A DNA stretch of 64,000 nt from contig OZ219858.1 in assembly GCA_964291395.2 (NCBI GenBank), forward strand, positions 1,184,001 to 1,248,000, read 5' to 3'. The notes under the pieces are model-generated. The model was not told the DNA's origin and did no database searches. It was given only the letters and a program-made list of their open reading frames with translations. Below, in pieces: positions 10,658-20,356 of this stretch; the first letter of the stretch is position 1, and the number at the start of each line of letters is the position of its first letter. Source of the DNA: Alphaproteobacteria bacterium (GTDB taxonomy: Bacteria; Pseudomonadota; Alphaproteobacteria; UBA2966). The translations under genes were made by a program, and so were the position numbers.

Positions 10658-13072
10658 ATGAAGACTCACGCGCGTGTCGTCGTTGTCGGCGGCGGCGTCA
10701 TGGGGGTCGGACTCCTTTATCACCTGACCAAGGAGGGGTGGTCGGACGTGGCCCTGGTGGAGAAGGGCGAGCTCACCTCCGGCTCCACGTGGCACGCGGC
10801 CGGACTGATCCCGCATTTCATCGCCAGTCTCAACATGGCCAAGGTCCACTGCTACGGCTCCCAACTGTACCAACGGCTCGAGGCGGAGACCGGACAGGCG
10901 ACCGGCTGGCACGGCTGCGGCTCGATCCGCCTAGCGACCAACCAGGACGAGGCGGATTGGTTTCATTACGTTCAAGGGGTGCTGCGCTGTGTCGGCGCGG
11001 AGTGTCATCTGATCGGGCCGTCCGAGATCGCCGATCTCCACCCGCTGCTGGATACCGACGGTGTCGTGCTCGGCGCCTACACCCCCGATGACGGTCATAC
11101 GGACCCCGCCAGCAGCACGATGGCGATGGCGGCCGGCGCGCGCGCGGGAGGAGCCGAGATCTACCTCCACAATCGAGTCGTCGACATCGGCCGGCGGGCC
11201 GACGGGAATTGGGACGTGGTCACCGAGCAGGGCACGATCGTCGCCGAGCATGTGGTCAACGCCGCTGGCGGTTTCTCATCCCAGGTCGGAGCCATGGTCG
11301 GTCTTGAGGTCCCGATCGTCAACATGGTTCATCAGTACCTGGTGACAGAGAATCTCGACGTCGTGTCGGCCCTGGACAGAGAGCCGCCGGTGGTTCGCGA
11401 CCCGCGGGCCTCGTGCTACTACCGCCAGGAGCAGCAGGGTCTGATCATCGGCCCCTACGAGACCGACGGCGCTCAGCCCTGGGCGCTCGAGGGGATCGAC
11501 TGGTCGTTCGATACCGAACTGCTGCCGCCGGATATCGACCGTCTGGTTCCGTGGCTGGAACTCGCGGCCAAGCGCATTCCGGTGTTCGAGAACGCCGGCA
11601 TCAAGCGGGTCGTCAGCGGACCCATCACCCATACGCCGGACGGCGGGTTCCTGATCGGTCCGGCCCCGGGATTGCCGAACTTCTGGATGTGTTGCGGCGC
11701 CGGTATCGGCATTACCCAGGGCCCCGGCGCCGGGAAATATCTGGCGCAGTGGATGGTCCACGGCCAAACCGAGATCAACGTCCGCGAAATGGAGACCAGG
11801 CGATTCGGCAAATGGGCAAGCGGCGGCTACAGCGTGCCCAAGGCCGTGGACGAATATCATCACATGTACCAGGTGCACTTTCCGGGTGAGTTCCGTGAGC
11901 CGGGTCGGCCGGTGAAGACCACGCCGATATACGGCAAGCTCGCGGCGCGCGGCGCCGTGTTCGCCGAGACGTTCGGCTGGGAGCGGGCGAAATGGTTCGC
12001 TGCCGACGGCGTCGAGGAGCGCTACAGCTTTCGCCGCACGAACTGGTTCGCGCCGGTGGCCGAGGAATGCCGGGCCGTGCGCGAGCGCGTGGGCGTGCTG
12101 GACCTGTCGAGCTTCGCCAAGTTCGACGTCACCGGTCGCGATGCGGCCGCTTTCCTCGACCGCATCATCGCCAATCGCGTGCCGCAGCGGAACGGCCGTA
12201 TAGCCCTCGCGCATGCGCTTACCGAGCTCGGCGGCATCGAGTGCGAGTTCACGGTGACCCGGTTGGACGAGAGCCGCTTCTACCTCCTTTCGGCCGCTGT
12301 CGCCCAAATCCATGACTACGATTGGCTGGTGCAGCACAAGGACGATGCCGAGGACGTCACGGTGGAGGACGTCACCGGCGATTACGCCGTCTTGCTGGTA
12401 AGCGGCCCACGTTCGAGAGAGCTGCTGGCCAAGCTGACCGACGCGGAACTCGACAACGAGGCCTTTCCATGGTTGTCGGCGCGTGAGATCGAGATCGCGG
12501 GAGTCCCGGTCCGGGCGCTCAGGGTCTCCTATGCGGGTGAGCTCGGTTGGGAGCTTCACCATCCGATGACCCGTATGGAAGCACTCTATGACGCTGTAAT
12601 GGCTGCGGGTGAAGAGTACGGCATCGCCGACTTTGGCTTGTACGCCGTCAACTCCCTTCGTATGGAGAAAGCCTACCAGGCCTGGGGGCTGGAGTTGACG
12701 ACCGAGATCACGCCGTTGGAATGCGGTCTGGACCGGTTCGTCGACCTGAACAGCCCGTTCATCGGCAGGGACGCGGTCGCCGAGCGCGCCGGCAAGGGCG
12801 TGGACACCCGCCTGGTATACCTCTCCGTGGACGCCGCGGATGCCGACGCCCACGGGAACGAGCCGGTCTACGCGAACGGTCGCGTCGTAGGCCTCACGAC
12901 CAGCGGCGCCTACGGGCACACGGTAGGCCAAAGCATCGCATTCGCTTTCGTCGAACCGGATCGCTCGGAGCCCGGCACCGAGCTCGAAGTCGCGATCCTG
13001 GGCCGCCGATGTGCTGCCAGGGTGCTCGACGAGCCACTGTACGATCCCCTGAACCAGCGGCTGAGAGCGTAG
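10658..13072 (+). CDS. GcvT-family FAD-dependent oxidoreductase (dimethylglycine/sarcosine dehydrogenase-like)
   Basis: Motifs VVVGGGVMG, ELTSGSTWHAAG, GPITHTPDG, plus C-terminal GcvT domain (SYAGELGWE, SLRMEK); ATG 10658 preferred over the ORF-track start. Confidence 0.92.
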   Translation: MKTHARVVVVGGGVMGVGLLYHLTKEGWSDVALVEKGELTSGSTWHAAGLIPHFIASLNMAKVHCYGSQLYQRLEAETGQATGWHGCGSIRLATNQDEADWFHYVQGVLRCVGAECHLIGPSEIADLHPLLDTDGVVLGAYTPDDGHTDPASSTMAMAAGARAGGAEIYLHNRVVDIGRRADGNWDVVTEQGTIVAEHVVNAAGGFSSQVGAMVGLEVPIVNMVHQYLVTENLDVVSALDREPPVVRDPRASCYYRQEQQGLIIGPYETDGAQPWALEGIDWSFDTELLPPDIDRLVPWLELAAKRIPVFENAGIKRVVSGPITHTPDGGFLIGPAPGLPNFWMCCGAGIGITQGPGAGKYLAQWMVHGQTEINVREMETRRFGKWASGGYSVPKAVDEYHHMYQVHFPGEFREPGRPVKTTPIYGKLAARGAVFAETFGWERAKWFAADGVEERYSFRRTNWFAPVAEECRAVRERVGVLDLSSFAKFDVTGRDAAAFLDRIIANRVPQRNGRIALAHALTELGGIECEFTVTRLDESRFYLLSAAVAQIHDYDWLVQHKDDAEDVTVEDVTGDYAVLLVSGPRSRELLAKLTDAELDNEAFPWLSAREIEIAGVPVRALRVSYAGELGWELHHPMTRMEALYDAVMAAGEEYGIADFGLYAVNSLRMEKAYQAWGLELTTEITPLECGLDRFVDLNSPFIGRDAVAERAGKGVDTRLVYLSVDAADADAHGNEPVYANGRVVGLTTSGAYGHTVGQSIAFAFVEPDRSEPGTELEVAILGRRCAARVLDEPLYDPLNQRLRA

Positions 13073-13210
13073 GCGGGCTTGCCTTGAGTCGGCGGGGACA
13101 TCACCGTCCTCTCCCGTCATTAGCGATCAGCGACGGTGTTGCCGCGGGAATGGTCCGCCGCGTGAACCGTACTCGACGGATGCAATCATTTAGATGCGAT
13201 CATTTCCCGA

Positions 13211-13305
13211 TTTGTTTCGTCTGCGACAAATTTGTTTTGTCCGCGACAGATTTGTTTTGTCAGAGACAGAATTGTTTTGACGGGGGATAGAATTTGTATT
13301 GACGG
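13211..13305. repeat. tandem array of ~20-bp degenerate direct repeats (3 good + 2 weak copies), probable operator
   Basis: TTTGTTTCGTCTGCGACAAA / TTTGTTTTGTCCGCGACAGA / TTTGTTTTGTCAGAGACAGA / ATTGTTTTGACGGGGGATAG / AATTTGTATTGACGG. Confidence 0.85.
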
Positions 13306-13368
13306 CGTTTGATTCTCCCCACGAAGATCGCGTCACACGAAGATCGATCGTGAGGGGAGTATCCGGGA

Positions 13369-14535
13369 ATGAACGAGATCGCAACGATGGCCGAATTCCG
13401 CTTCGGCCCCCGCTATCGCAAGTCGCCATTTTTCGAGGCCACGCGCCGGGCCGGGTGCAGGTCCTGGGGCATCTACAATCACATGTACCTTCCGGACTAC
13501 TACGACGATCCGATCGAGGAATACCGAAGTCTGACCAATGACGTCACGCTGTGGGACGTAAGCGTCGAGCGCATCGTCGAGATCACAGGGCCGGACGCGT
13601 CCGAATTCACCAACCGGCTGACGTCTCGCGATCTGACCAAATGCGCGGTCGGGCAGGGCAAGTACGTGCTGATCACCGCCGAGGACGGTGGCATCGTCAA
13701 TGAGCCCGTGCTGCTGCGGCTGGGCGAGAATCAGTGGTGGCTGGCGCTTTCCGATTCCGATGCCGGCCTGTGGGCGCGCGGATATTCGGTGAGCTCGGGA
13801 CTCGACGTGAAGGTTCGCGAACCCGAGGTCTACCCGGTCCAGGTGCAGGGTCCGAGGTCCAGGGACGTGATGACCCGCCTGTTCGGCGATTCGGTCATGA
13901 ACATCCGCTATTACTGGACCATGGAGACCGACCTCGACGGGATTCCGGTGGTCATCAGTCGTACCGGCTGGAGTGCCGAGATCGGGTTCGAGATCTATCT
14001 CCGCGACCCGAGCCGCGGCGAGGAGCTATGGGAGCGGATCATGGAAGCGGGCAAGCCGTATCGCATCCGACCGATCGCGCCTTCGCAGATCCGCCGCATC
14101 GAGGCCGGAATGGTCCGTTACGGCGCCGATATAACCATCGAGAACAATCCGTTCGAGGTCATGGGGCTCGAACGGCTGGTGGAGGACCAGGACGCGGACT
14201 ATATCGGCAAGGAAGCGCTGATGCGGATCAAGGCCGAGGGCGTGAGCCGGAAGCTGGTCGGCTTCATACTCGACAACGACGAACCGGTCCAGGGATTACC
14301 GGACGCGGCACCTGCCTTCAGAGACGGCGAGGAGACCGGCCGCGTCACTACGATCGTCTGGTCGCCGCGCATGGAACGGAACATCGGTTATGTCTGGGTA
14401 CCGATCGAACTCGCCGCCCCCGGCAACAAGCTCGAAGTTCGCACGTTGACCGGTACCGCCATGGGTCAGACGGCGGCGATGCCCTTCTTCGATCCCAAGA
14501 AGACCATGCCCAGTCAAGGCCTTTCCGCCGATTGA
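13369..14535 (+). CDS. THF-dependent aminomethyltransferase/demethylase (DmdA-like GcvT family)
   Basis: Motifs YNHMYLP, LWDVSVER, RDLTKC, SDSD, QVQGPRS, SRTGWS, RRIEAG, NPFE; GAGGGGAG RBS-like sequence upstream. Confidence 0.88.
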   Translation: MNEIATMAEFRFGPRYRKSPFFEATRRAGCRSWGIYNHMYLPDYYDDPIEEYRSLTNDVTLWDVSVERIVEITGPDASEFTNRLTSRDLTKCAVGQGKYVLITAEDGGIVNEPVLLRLGENQWWLALSDSDAGLWARGYSVSSGLDVKVREPEVYPVQVQGPRSRDVMTRLFGDSVMNIRYYWTMETDLDGIPVVISRTGWSAEIGFEIYLRDPSRGEELWERIMEAGKPYRIRPIAPSQIRRIEAGMVRYGADITIENNPFEVMGLERLVEDQDADYIGKEALMRIKAEGVSRKLVGFILDNDEPVQGLPDAAPAFRDGEETGRVTTIVWSPRMERNIGYVWVPIELAAPGNKLEVRTLTGTAMGQTAAMPFFDPKKTMPSQGLSAD

Positions 14536-14868
14536 ACCGATTCGCGGTAGGGAGTTTCCCATTCGCCCGCCGGCGCGATAACGGAGGGGGCCGTTTATGG
14601 GCCGTGCGGGCGAATGCAGCGGATGAGACACTCGGCGACCGGTCTTTCAAGAGGCGAGGCGCAAGTACCTTCTTCTCCGGTAATCTGAAGTACGTGTATG
14701 GTTCGGCTTGCCGCGATCAAGCCGTCCGCTTCCGATGGGAGGTTGGATACGGACCGAGCCTGAGTGTCGCCGCGGCCACGATATTGTGATTGGCTCGCAT
14801 GGGGCCCATGAACCATATGATGGCCCCGGGCAGACCAACCAGCGGCTCAAGCGAACAAACTTACGCCG

Positions 14869-15612
14869 ATGGCCACGCTTGACATTACATTCGCGGCGGC
14901 AGGCGGCGCGGGGATCGTCAGTTTCCTGTCGCCCTGCGTGCTGCCGCTGGTGCCGGCCTACCTGTGCTTCGTCGCGGGCACGTCTCTCGACCAGGTCCTC
15001 GAGGATGGCACGGTCGAACGGTCCATGGGCCGTCCCGTAGCGCTGGCGGCGTTCGCGTTCGTGCTCGGGTTCTCCACCGTGTTTGTTCTGATGGGAGCTT
15101 CGGCCTCGGCCATCAATCGGCTGGTCCTCGAGTACATCGATATCGTCGCCAAGGTCGCGGGCGCCGTCATCGTGCTCTTCGGCCTGCATTTCATGGGCCT
15201 GCTGCGAATTCCCCTGCTCTATCGAGAGGTTCGGTTCAACCCGGCCGCGAGCCCCTCGGGACTGATCGGCGCCTACGTCATCGGGCTCGCGTTTGCGTTC
15301 GGCTGGACGCCCTGCGTCGGCCCGATCCTTGCGACGATCCTGACCATTGCCGCCAGCCGCGACTCCCTCGGCTATGGCGTGTCCCTGCTCGCCGTCTACG
15401 CGCTCGGGCTGGGGATACCGTTCATGATCGCCGCGCTCTGCCTCAATCCCTTCATGAATTTTCTGTGGCGCTTCCGGCGGCACGTCCGCAAGGTCGAGGT
15501 CGCCACCGGCGCGCTGCTGGCACTGACGGGCATCCTTATTTTCACCAGTACCCTGTCGACGTTCGGCTTCTATCTTCTGGAGGTCTTTCCCGTTCTCGGA
15601 GAGATCGGCTAG
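14869..15612 (+). CDS. ccdA: cytochrome c biogenesis protein CcdA
   Basis: Motifs SFLSPCVLPLVP and FGWTPCVGPIL; six TM segments. Confidence 0.93.
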   Translation: MATLDITFAAAGGAGIVSFLSPCVLPLVPAYLCFVAGTSLDQVLEDGTVERSMGRPVALAAFAFVLGFSTVFVLMGASASAINRLVLEYIDIVAKVAGAVIVLFGLHFMGLLRIPLLYREVRFNPAASPSGLIGAYVIGLAFAFGWTPCVGPILATILTIAASRDSLGYGVSLLAVYALGLGIPFMIAALCLNPFMNFLWRFRRHVRKVEVATGALLALTGILIFTSTLSTFGFYLLEVFPVLGEIG

Positions 15613-15654
15613 GGCGGTTCAAGCCCGGCTCGAACGGCCATGGTCCGGCATCCG

Positions 15655-16506
15655 TTACCGGGCCGAATTCAACACGATCACGCCGGCGGCTACGAGAACC
15701 GCTGCCGCAATCCGCCTCCCGCCAAATCGTTCGCCGAGAACGAGCGCACCGATCATCGCAGCGAAGATCACGCTCGTCTCGCGCAGCGTGGAGACCGCCC
15801 CCATCGCCGAGACACTCATCGCCCAGATCACCGTGCCGTAGGCCATCATCTGAAGCGTGCCTCCCGTCACGCCCTTCAGGAACTCGGCCTTCAGCAAGGC
15901 GCGCACTTGGCCGCGCCGGGTGACCTGGGCAAACACCGCAATGGGAATCCCGTCGATAAGATACAGCCAGGCGATGTAGGCGAACGCGTTTCCCGCGAGA
16001 CGCACGCCCAACCCGTCGACGACCGAATAGGCCGCGATACAAATCGCCGTTGCCGTCGCGAAAAGGACGGGGCGGGGATCATTCCTCCAGGGCAGTCCCC
16101 TTTCGAATGCGAGGCTGATGATCCCGAGGCTGGCGACACATACTCCGACCCATGCGAGGGGTGCCAGGAACTCACCCGCGAAAAGGGCAGCCGAGCCGGC
16201 GACCAGCAGGGGCGACAGACCGCGCGCCAGGGGATAGACGTGGCTCAGATCGCCGACACGGTACTGCTGAACGAGGAGGAAGTAGTACGCCGTGTGAAGC
16301 ACGGCCGACGCGGCCAGGTAGGGCCAGCATCCCGGCTCGGGAATCCCGACAAAGGGCAGCGCCACGGCTCCGATGAGCCCGGCCACTCCGTTTATGATCG
16401 CGAGGGTCACCAGTCTGTCGCCGCCGACTTTGACGCACGCGTTCCAGCACGCATGCAGCAGAGCCGCCACCAGAACCAGCGCGACGACTTCGATCTGCAG
16501 CGGCAT
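15655..16506 (-). CDS. EamA/DMT family transporter
   Basis: Motifs AALLHACWNA, DLSHVYPLARG, LRETSVIFA; start set at MPLQIEV. Confidence 0.9.
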   Translation of the reverse strand: MPLQIEVVALVLVAALLHACWNACVKVGGDRLVTLAIINGVAGLIGAVALPFVGIPEPGCWPYLAASAVLHTAYYFLLVQQYRVGDLSHVYPLARGLSPLLVAGSAALFAGEFLAPLAWVGVCVASLGIISLAFERGLPWRNDPRPVLFATATAICIAAYSVVDGLGVRLAGNAFAYIAWLYLIDGIPIAVFAQVTRRGQVRALLKAEFLKGVTGGTLQMMAYGTVIWAMSVSAMGAVSTLRETSVIFAAMIGALVLGERFGGRRIAAAVLVAAGVIVLNSAR

Positions 16507-16559
16507 TCCTCGCCAATCGATCCGGGGGTCGGGTCGCGCCCGAGAGGCGCACGGGAAGA

Positions 16560-17429
16560 TCACCCACCCAGGAACAGCCGGCCGACCTCCGGATTCTCCA
16601 GAAGCTCGTCGCCCGGGCCGGCAATGGCGATCTGTCCCGACACCAGAACGTATCCGATATCGGCGAATTCCAGGCCCTTCTTGGCGTTTTGCTCCACCAT
16701 GATGATGGTCTTGCCCTCGGTGTTCTGAAGATCCCCAAGGATCTCGAATACCATGTCGATGAAGCGCGGTTCCAACCCGATCGAAGGTTCATCCACCAGC
16801 AGTACGTCGGGCTGCATCACCAGGGCGCGGGAGATTTCCAGCAGGCGACGCTCGCCGCCCGACAGGACCCGCGCCGGCTGTTTGCGGCGCGCGGCAAGAC
16901 GCGGGTATTTGTCGAACACCCGCTCGGCGGTTTCCTTCGCCCGCGCCGGCTTCTCGAAGAGAAAACCGCCCATCCACAGGTTCTCTTCGACCGTCATGTC
17001 AGGAAAGATGGACTTGTCCTGAAGGATGTAGGCAATACCGGCATGGCGAAGCTTGTCCTTCGAGTTCATCGCCGTGATGTCCCGCCCGTCAACCGAGACG
17101 GTGCCGGAGAAGATGTTGGTGAAGCCGAAGATCGAGTGAAGGATCGTCGATTTCCCGGCCCCGTTCGGCCCGATGAGGCACAGCGACTGGCGCTTCGCCA
17201 CCTGAAGATTGAAATCGTGCAGGATTTCCATCTTCCCGTAACCCGCATTCAGGCCGTCGATGCGCACGTACGGCGCATGGCCGCAAAGCTCGGCGATACG
17301 TTCCTGACCCGGCCGTTCGCGGGCGAGCTTCTGCGCCTCTCGGGTGACGTCGTCGACGGACAGGACCGGCGCATCGGCCAAGCCGCCGATGCGGCCGTGG
17401 CCGACCGCCCGATGATCGGGGGCGGGCAC
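16560..17429 (-). CDS. branched-chain amino acid-type ABC transporter ATPase (LivF-like)
   Basis: Motifs GPNGAGKS, LSGGERR, DEPSIGL, VEQNA. Confidence 0.93.
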   Translation of the reverse strand: MPAPDHRAVGHGRIGGLADAPVLSVDDVTREAQKLARERPGQERIAELCGHAPYVRIDGLNAGYGKMEILHDFNLQVAKRQSLCLIGPNGAGKSTILHSIFGFTNIFSGTVSVDGRDITAMNSKDKLRHAGIAYILQDKSIFPDMTVEENLWMGGFLFEKPARAKETAERVFDKYPRLAARRKQPARVLSGGERRLLEISRALVMQPDVLLVDEPSIGLEPRFIDMVFEILGDLQNTEGKTIIMVEQNAKKGLEFADIGYVLVSGQIAIAGPGDELLENPEVGRLFLGG

Positions 17430-18217
17430 TAGGAATCCCCCGTCTGGATATAACCACCGAGATAGGCGTCGATGACTCGTTGGTCGTTCTGGATCTCCTC
17501 CGGCGGTCCTTGGGCAAGCAACTGACCGTTGGCCAGGCAGTAGATATGCTCGGCCAGCCCCATGATCACGGGCATGTTGTGCTCGATGACGAAGAGCGTC
17601 ACGCCGAGCTCCTGGTTAGCCCGCTTGAGCCGGTCGATCAGGCCGTTGATGAGGGTGGGATTGATTCCCGCCGTGGGCTCGTCCAACAACAGAACCTTGG
17701 GCTCGTTCATCAACGCCATGGCGAATTCGAGCAACTTCTGCTGACCGAACGACAGATCGCCCGAGATCAGCCGGCGTTTCGAATAAAGCCCGACGAACTC
17801 CAGCAGAGCCTCCGCACGGTCGGCGACCTCCGGCGGATAGGTCGCGAACATGTCGCCGAAGCTCTCGTTGCGGTGCGACAACGAGATCAGCATGTTGTCG
17901 ACGCAATTCATGTTCGAGTAGATGCGGGTTTGCTGGAACGTCCGCAGCAAGCCCAGGCGCGCGATCTGCTGGACGCGGAGCTTCGAGATTTCCCGTCCCT
18001 GGAAGAGAATGGACCCAGAGTCGATGGGGTGGAAACCGACGATCGAATTGAACAAGGTGGTCTTGCCCGATCCGTTGGGGCCGATCAGGCCCGTGATACG
18101 TCCTTCCGGGACATCCAGCGAGATCTCCTGGTTGGCGATCACGCCGCCAAAGGCCTTGGAGACGTCGGAAACCTCGATGAGCGCGGTCATGGGGGAAACT
18201 TTCGGCTGCCGGCTCAC
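17429..18217 (-). CDS. branched-chain amino acid-type ABC transporter ATPase (LivG-like)
   Basis: Motifs GPNGSGKT, LSFGQQK, LDEPTAG, IEHNM. Confidence 0.93.
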   Translation of the reverse strand: MSRQPKVSPMTALIEVSDVSKAFGGVIANQEISLDVPEGRITGLIGPNGSGKTTLFNSIVGFHPIDSGSILFQGREISKLRVQQIARLGLLRTFQQTRIYSNMNCVDNMLISLSHRNESFGDMFATYPPEVADRAEALLEFVGLYSKRRLISGDLSFGQQKLLEFAMALMNEPKVLLLDEPTAGINPTLINGLIDRLKRANQELGVTLFVIEHNMPVIMGLAEHIYCLANGQLLAQGPPEEIQNDQRVIDAYLGGYIQTGDS

Positions 18218-19281
18218 GCCGCCTCGCGCCGAGCGCCGCCTTCGGCCCCGTCCTCCGAGGCCTCTTCGACGACAAGACCGAATCTCTCAGGCCATTTCTC
18301 CTGGGCCCACCCGAGAATTCCCTGCTGGAAGAAGACGATATTGACGATGATGAGGGTACCGAGCGCCACCCACTGCCAGCCCAGCATGTAGGTCCAGGTC
18401 GTCTCCTTGATCAGGTGGAACACCACGGCTCCGAGGATCGGACCCCAGAGCGTACCTTTGCCGCCCAGCAATGCCATGACGACCATGAAAATACCAAAGG
18501 TCACGGTGGGGAAGGCGACCTCCAAAGGCTCGATGAACCCGATCATGTTGCCGAAGAGACCTCCCGAAAGTCCGAGAAAGAACGCCGCCACCGCCCACGC
18601 CGCCGTTTTGTAGCGCAGGGTGTGAAGCCCCATGCCCTCGGCCTTTTCCTCGTCGTCGCGGATGGCATTGATCGCCAGCGCAAAGCGGCCGCGATAAAGC
18701 CACTTGAGGAACACGAACGTGAAGATCGCGAACAAGAAGCAGAGGAAGTAGAAGAGCAGCGCCCGCTCGTCGGGTTCGCCCGGATAGATGGGCACCGTGA
18801 TGCCGCCGCCGCCGCCGAGATAATCCCAGGTGCCGACGAGTTCCCCGGCCGCGATCGCGACGCCGAGCGTGCCAATGGCGAAATAAGGCCCGCGCAGGCC
18901 GAACACCGTCCAGCCGAACAGGACGGCAAACAGGGTCGACCCCACGGCCGCCGCGATCAGGCCCAAGGTCAGACCCGTGAAGTATTGATCCTCGGTGAGC
19001 TCGATCTTGACGGCGCCGAAATGGGCCGTGTACTCCGCGACGTCGTAGTAGAGACCGATCTGGACGACGGCACAGATGTACATGCCGGCGCCGAAGAAGA
19101 AGATGTTGCCGAGCGAGTTGTATCCCATCTGCCCGCCCATGATGTCCCAGGTGAGGGCGAACAGGATCATGATCCACAGCACGGCCAGCTGGAACGTGTA
19201 GTTGGGGAACAGGAAAGGTCCGACGACCCCGAACAGAAGGATGGCGCCGTAACCGGCCACCTTGCGGTCTGGGACCGTCAT
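18214..19281 (-). CDS. ABC transporter permease (LivM-like)
   Basis: Motifs LRGPYFAIGTL, AIRDDE, GGKGTLWGP; ATG 19281 overlaps the upstream stop. Confidence 0.92.
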   Translation of the reverse strand: MTVPDRKVAGYGAILLFGVVGPFLFPNYTFQLAVLWIMILFALTWDIMGGQMGYNSLGNIFFFGAGMYICAVVQIGLYYDVAEYTAHFGAVKIELTEDQYFTGLTLGLIAAAVGSTLFAVLFGWTVFGLRGPYFAIGTLGVAIAAGELVGTWDYLGGGGGITVPIYPGEPDERALLFYFLCFLFAIFTFVFLKWLYRGRFALAINAIRDDEEKAEGMGLHTLRYKTAAWAVAAFFLGLSGGLFGNMIGFIEPLEVAFPTVTFGIFMVVMALLGGKGTLWGPILGAVVFHLIKETTWTYMLGWQWVALGTLIIVNIVFFQQGILGWAQEKWPERFGLVVEEASEDGAEGGARREAA

Positions 19282-20258
19282 ATCACCGCCTGCCGATGTC
19301 GGCGCTGCTGCAACTGACGAATGACCAACACCAGGATGAGCATCCCGACCACCAGGGCCTGTTGATACTCTGCGCCAAAGACGAAACCGCCGAACTGCTC
19401 GGTGGCACCGAGTCCGAGCCCCGCCGCGATGACACCCGGCAGGTTCCCGAGACCCGCCGCGGTGACGATGACGAAAGCGCGGATTGAATGTGCCAGACCG
19501 AAATACGGCTGGATCACCCATATCATCGAGATGAGCACGCCGGCGGCGCCGCAGATCGCCGCGTTGAGGGCGAAGGTGAAGGCATAGACGCGGTCGGTAT
19601 CGATGCCCATCACCCGCGCTGCCCTGCGGTCTTGGGCCGTGGCCCGGATGGCCTGGCCCATGCGGCTGTATTTCATGAACACGACCACGATCCCCGCCAG
19701 GATCACGGTCAGGATGAACGAGATCAGTTTAATATCCGCGACCGTTACCAAACCCTCGAAGAGGAAACGCGTGTCGAATCCGGATTCCGCGACCCTGACC
19801 TCCGGGCCGAACAGCAGGTTGAGCAGCTGCTGCAGAACGATCGCCAAGCCGAACGTTGCCAGCAGCGACGTGAACATGTCCCGGTCGACGACGCGGCTGA
19901 CGATGACGCGGTAAATCCACCAGCCGAACCCGAACATCAGAACGATCGCCACCGGCAGGCCGAAGATCGGGTGGATGGCCGGTTTGATGAATTGGACGAA
20001 GGTGATCTCCGGAATCGGAAGCCAAAGGAATCCTTCCGGAATCCCGATCCACACCGGAAGATCGATAGACAGCACGTAGGCGATGTAGCCGCCCATGATG
20101 ACGAAATCGCCCTGGGCCAAGTTCTTGACGTTCATCACCCCCCAGACGAGGGCGAGACCGTAGGCCGCCAGCACGAAAATCGCGCCTATGAACAGCCCGT
20201 CGAGCAACAACTGGATGTTGAGGACGGGTGCTTGAGCGAGCAGCGACAGGTTTGACAT
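19278..20258 (-). CDS. ABC transporter permease (LivH-like)
   Basis: Motifs YGLALVWGVM, NLAQGDF, GQAIRATAQD. Confidence 0.92.
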   Translation of the reverse strand: MSNLSLLAQAPVLNIQLLLDGLFIGAIFVLAAYGLALVWGVMNVKNLAQGDFVIMGGYIAYVLSIDLPVWIGIPEGFLWLPIPEITFVQFIKPAIHPIFGLPVAIVLMFGFGWWIYRVIVSRVVDRDMFTSLLATFGLAIVLQQLLNLLFGPEVRVAESGFDTRFLFEGLVTVADIKLISFILTVILAGIVVVFMKYSRMGQAIRATAQDRRAARVMGIDTDRVYAFTFALNAAICGAAGVLISMIWVIQPYFGLAHSIRAFVIVTAAGLGNLPGVIAAGLGLGATEQFGGFVFGAEYQQALVVGMLILVLVIRQLQQRRHRQAVI

Positions 20259-20291
20259 GATCGCCAGTCCGACAGCGCCTTACACGCGGCG

Positions 20292-20323
20292 CGTCCGCCC
20301 CTGCCGGCCAGCGGGGGCGGACG
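20292..20323 (-). terminator. GC-rich stem-loop between the SBP and permease genes (attenuator or mRNA stabiliser)
   Basis: CGTCCGCCCC...GGGGCGGACG. Confidence 0.5.
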
Positions 20324-20356
20324 TCACCACGACTGCTCCAGACCCGCTACCGTGGC

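Noticed and set aside
5135-13120. Very long antisense ORFs (e.g. 5135-7876, 8565-10442, 11276-13120; likewise 30483-32369 and 56593-58242)
   Set aside because: Shadow frames of GC-rich genes with no recognisable motifs
13211-13305. CRISPR array
   Set aside because: Units are contiguous 20-mers with no unique spacers, and no cas genes are present
13369-14535. Glycine cleavage gcvT with a glycine riboswitch
   Set aside because: No gcvH/gcvP, the sequence is DmdA-like, and the leader lacks glycine aptamer motifs
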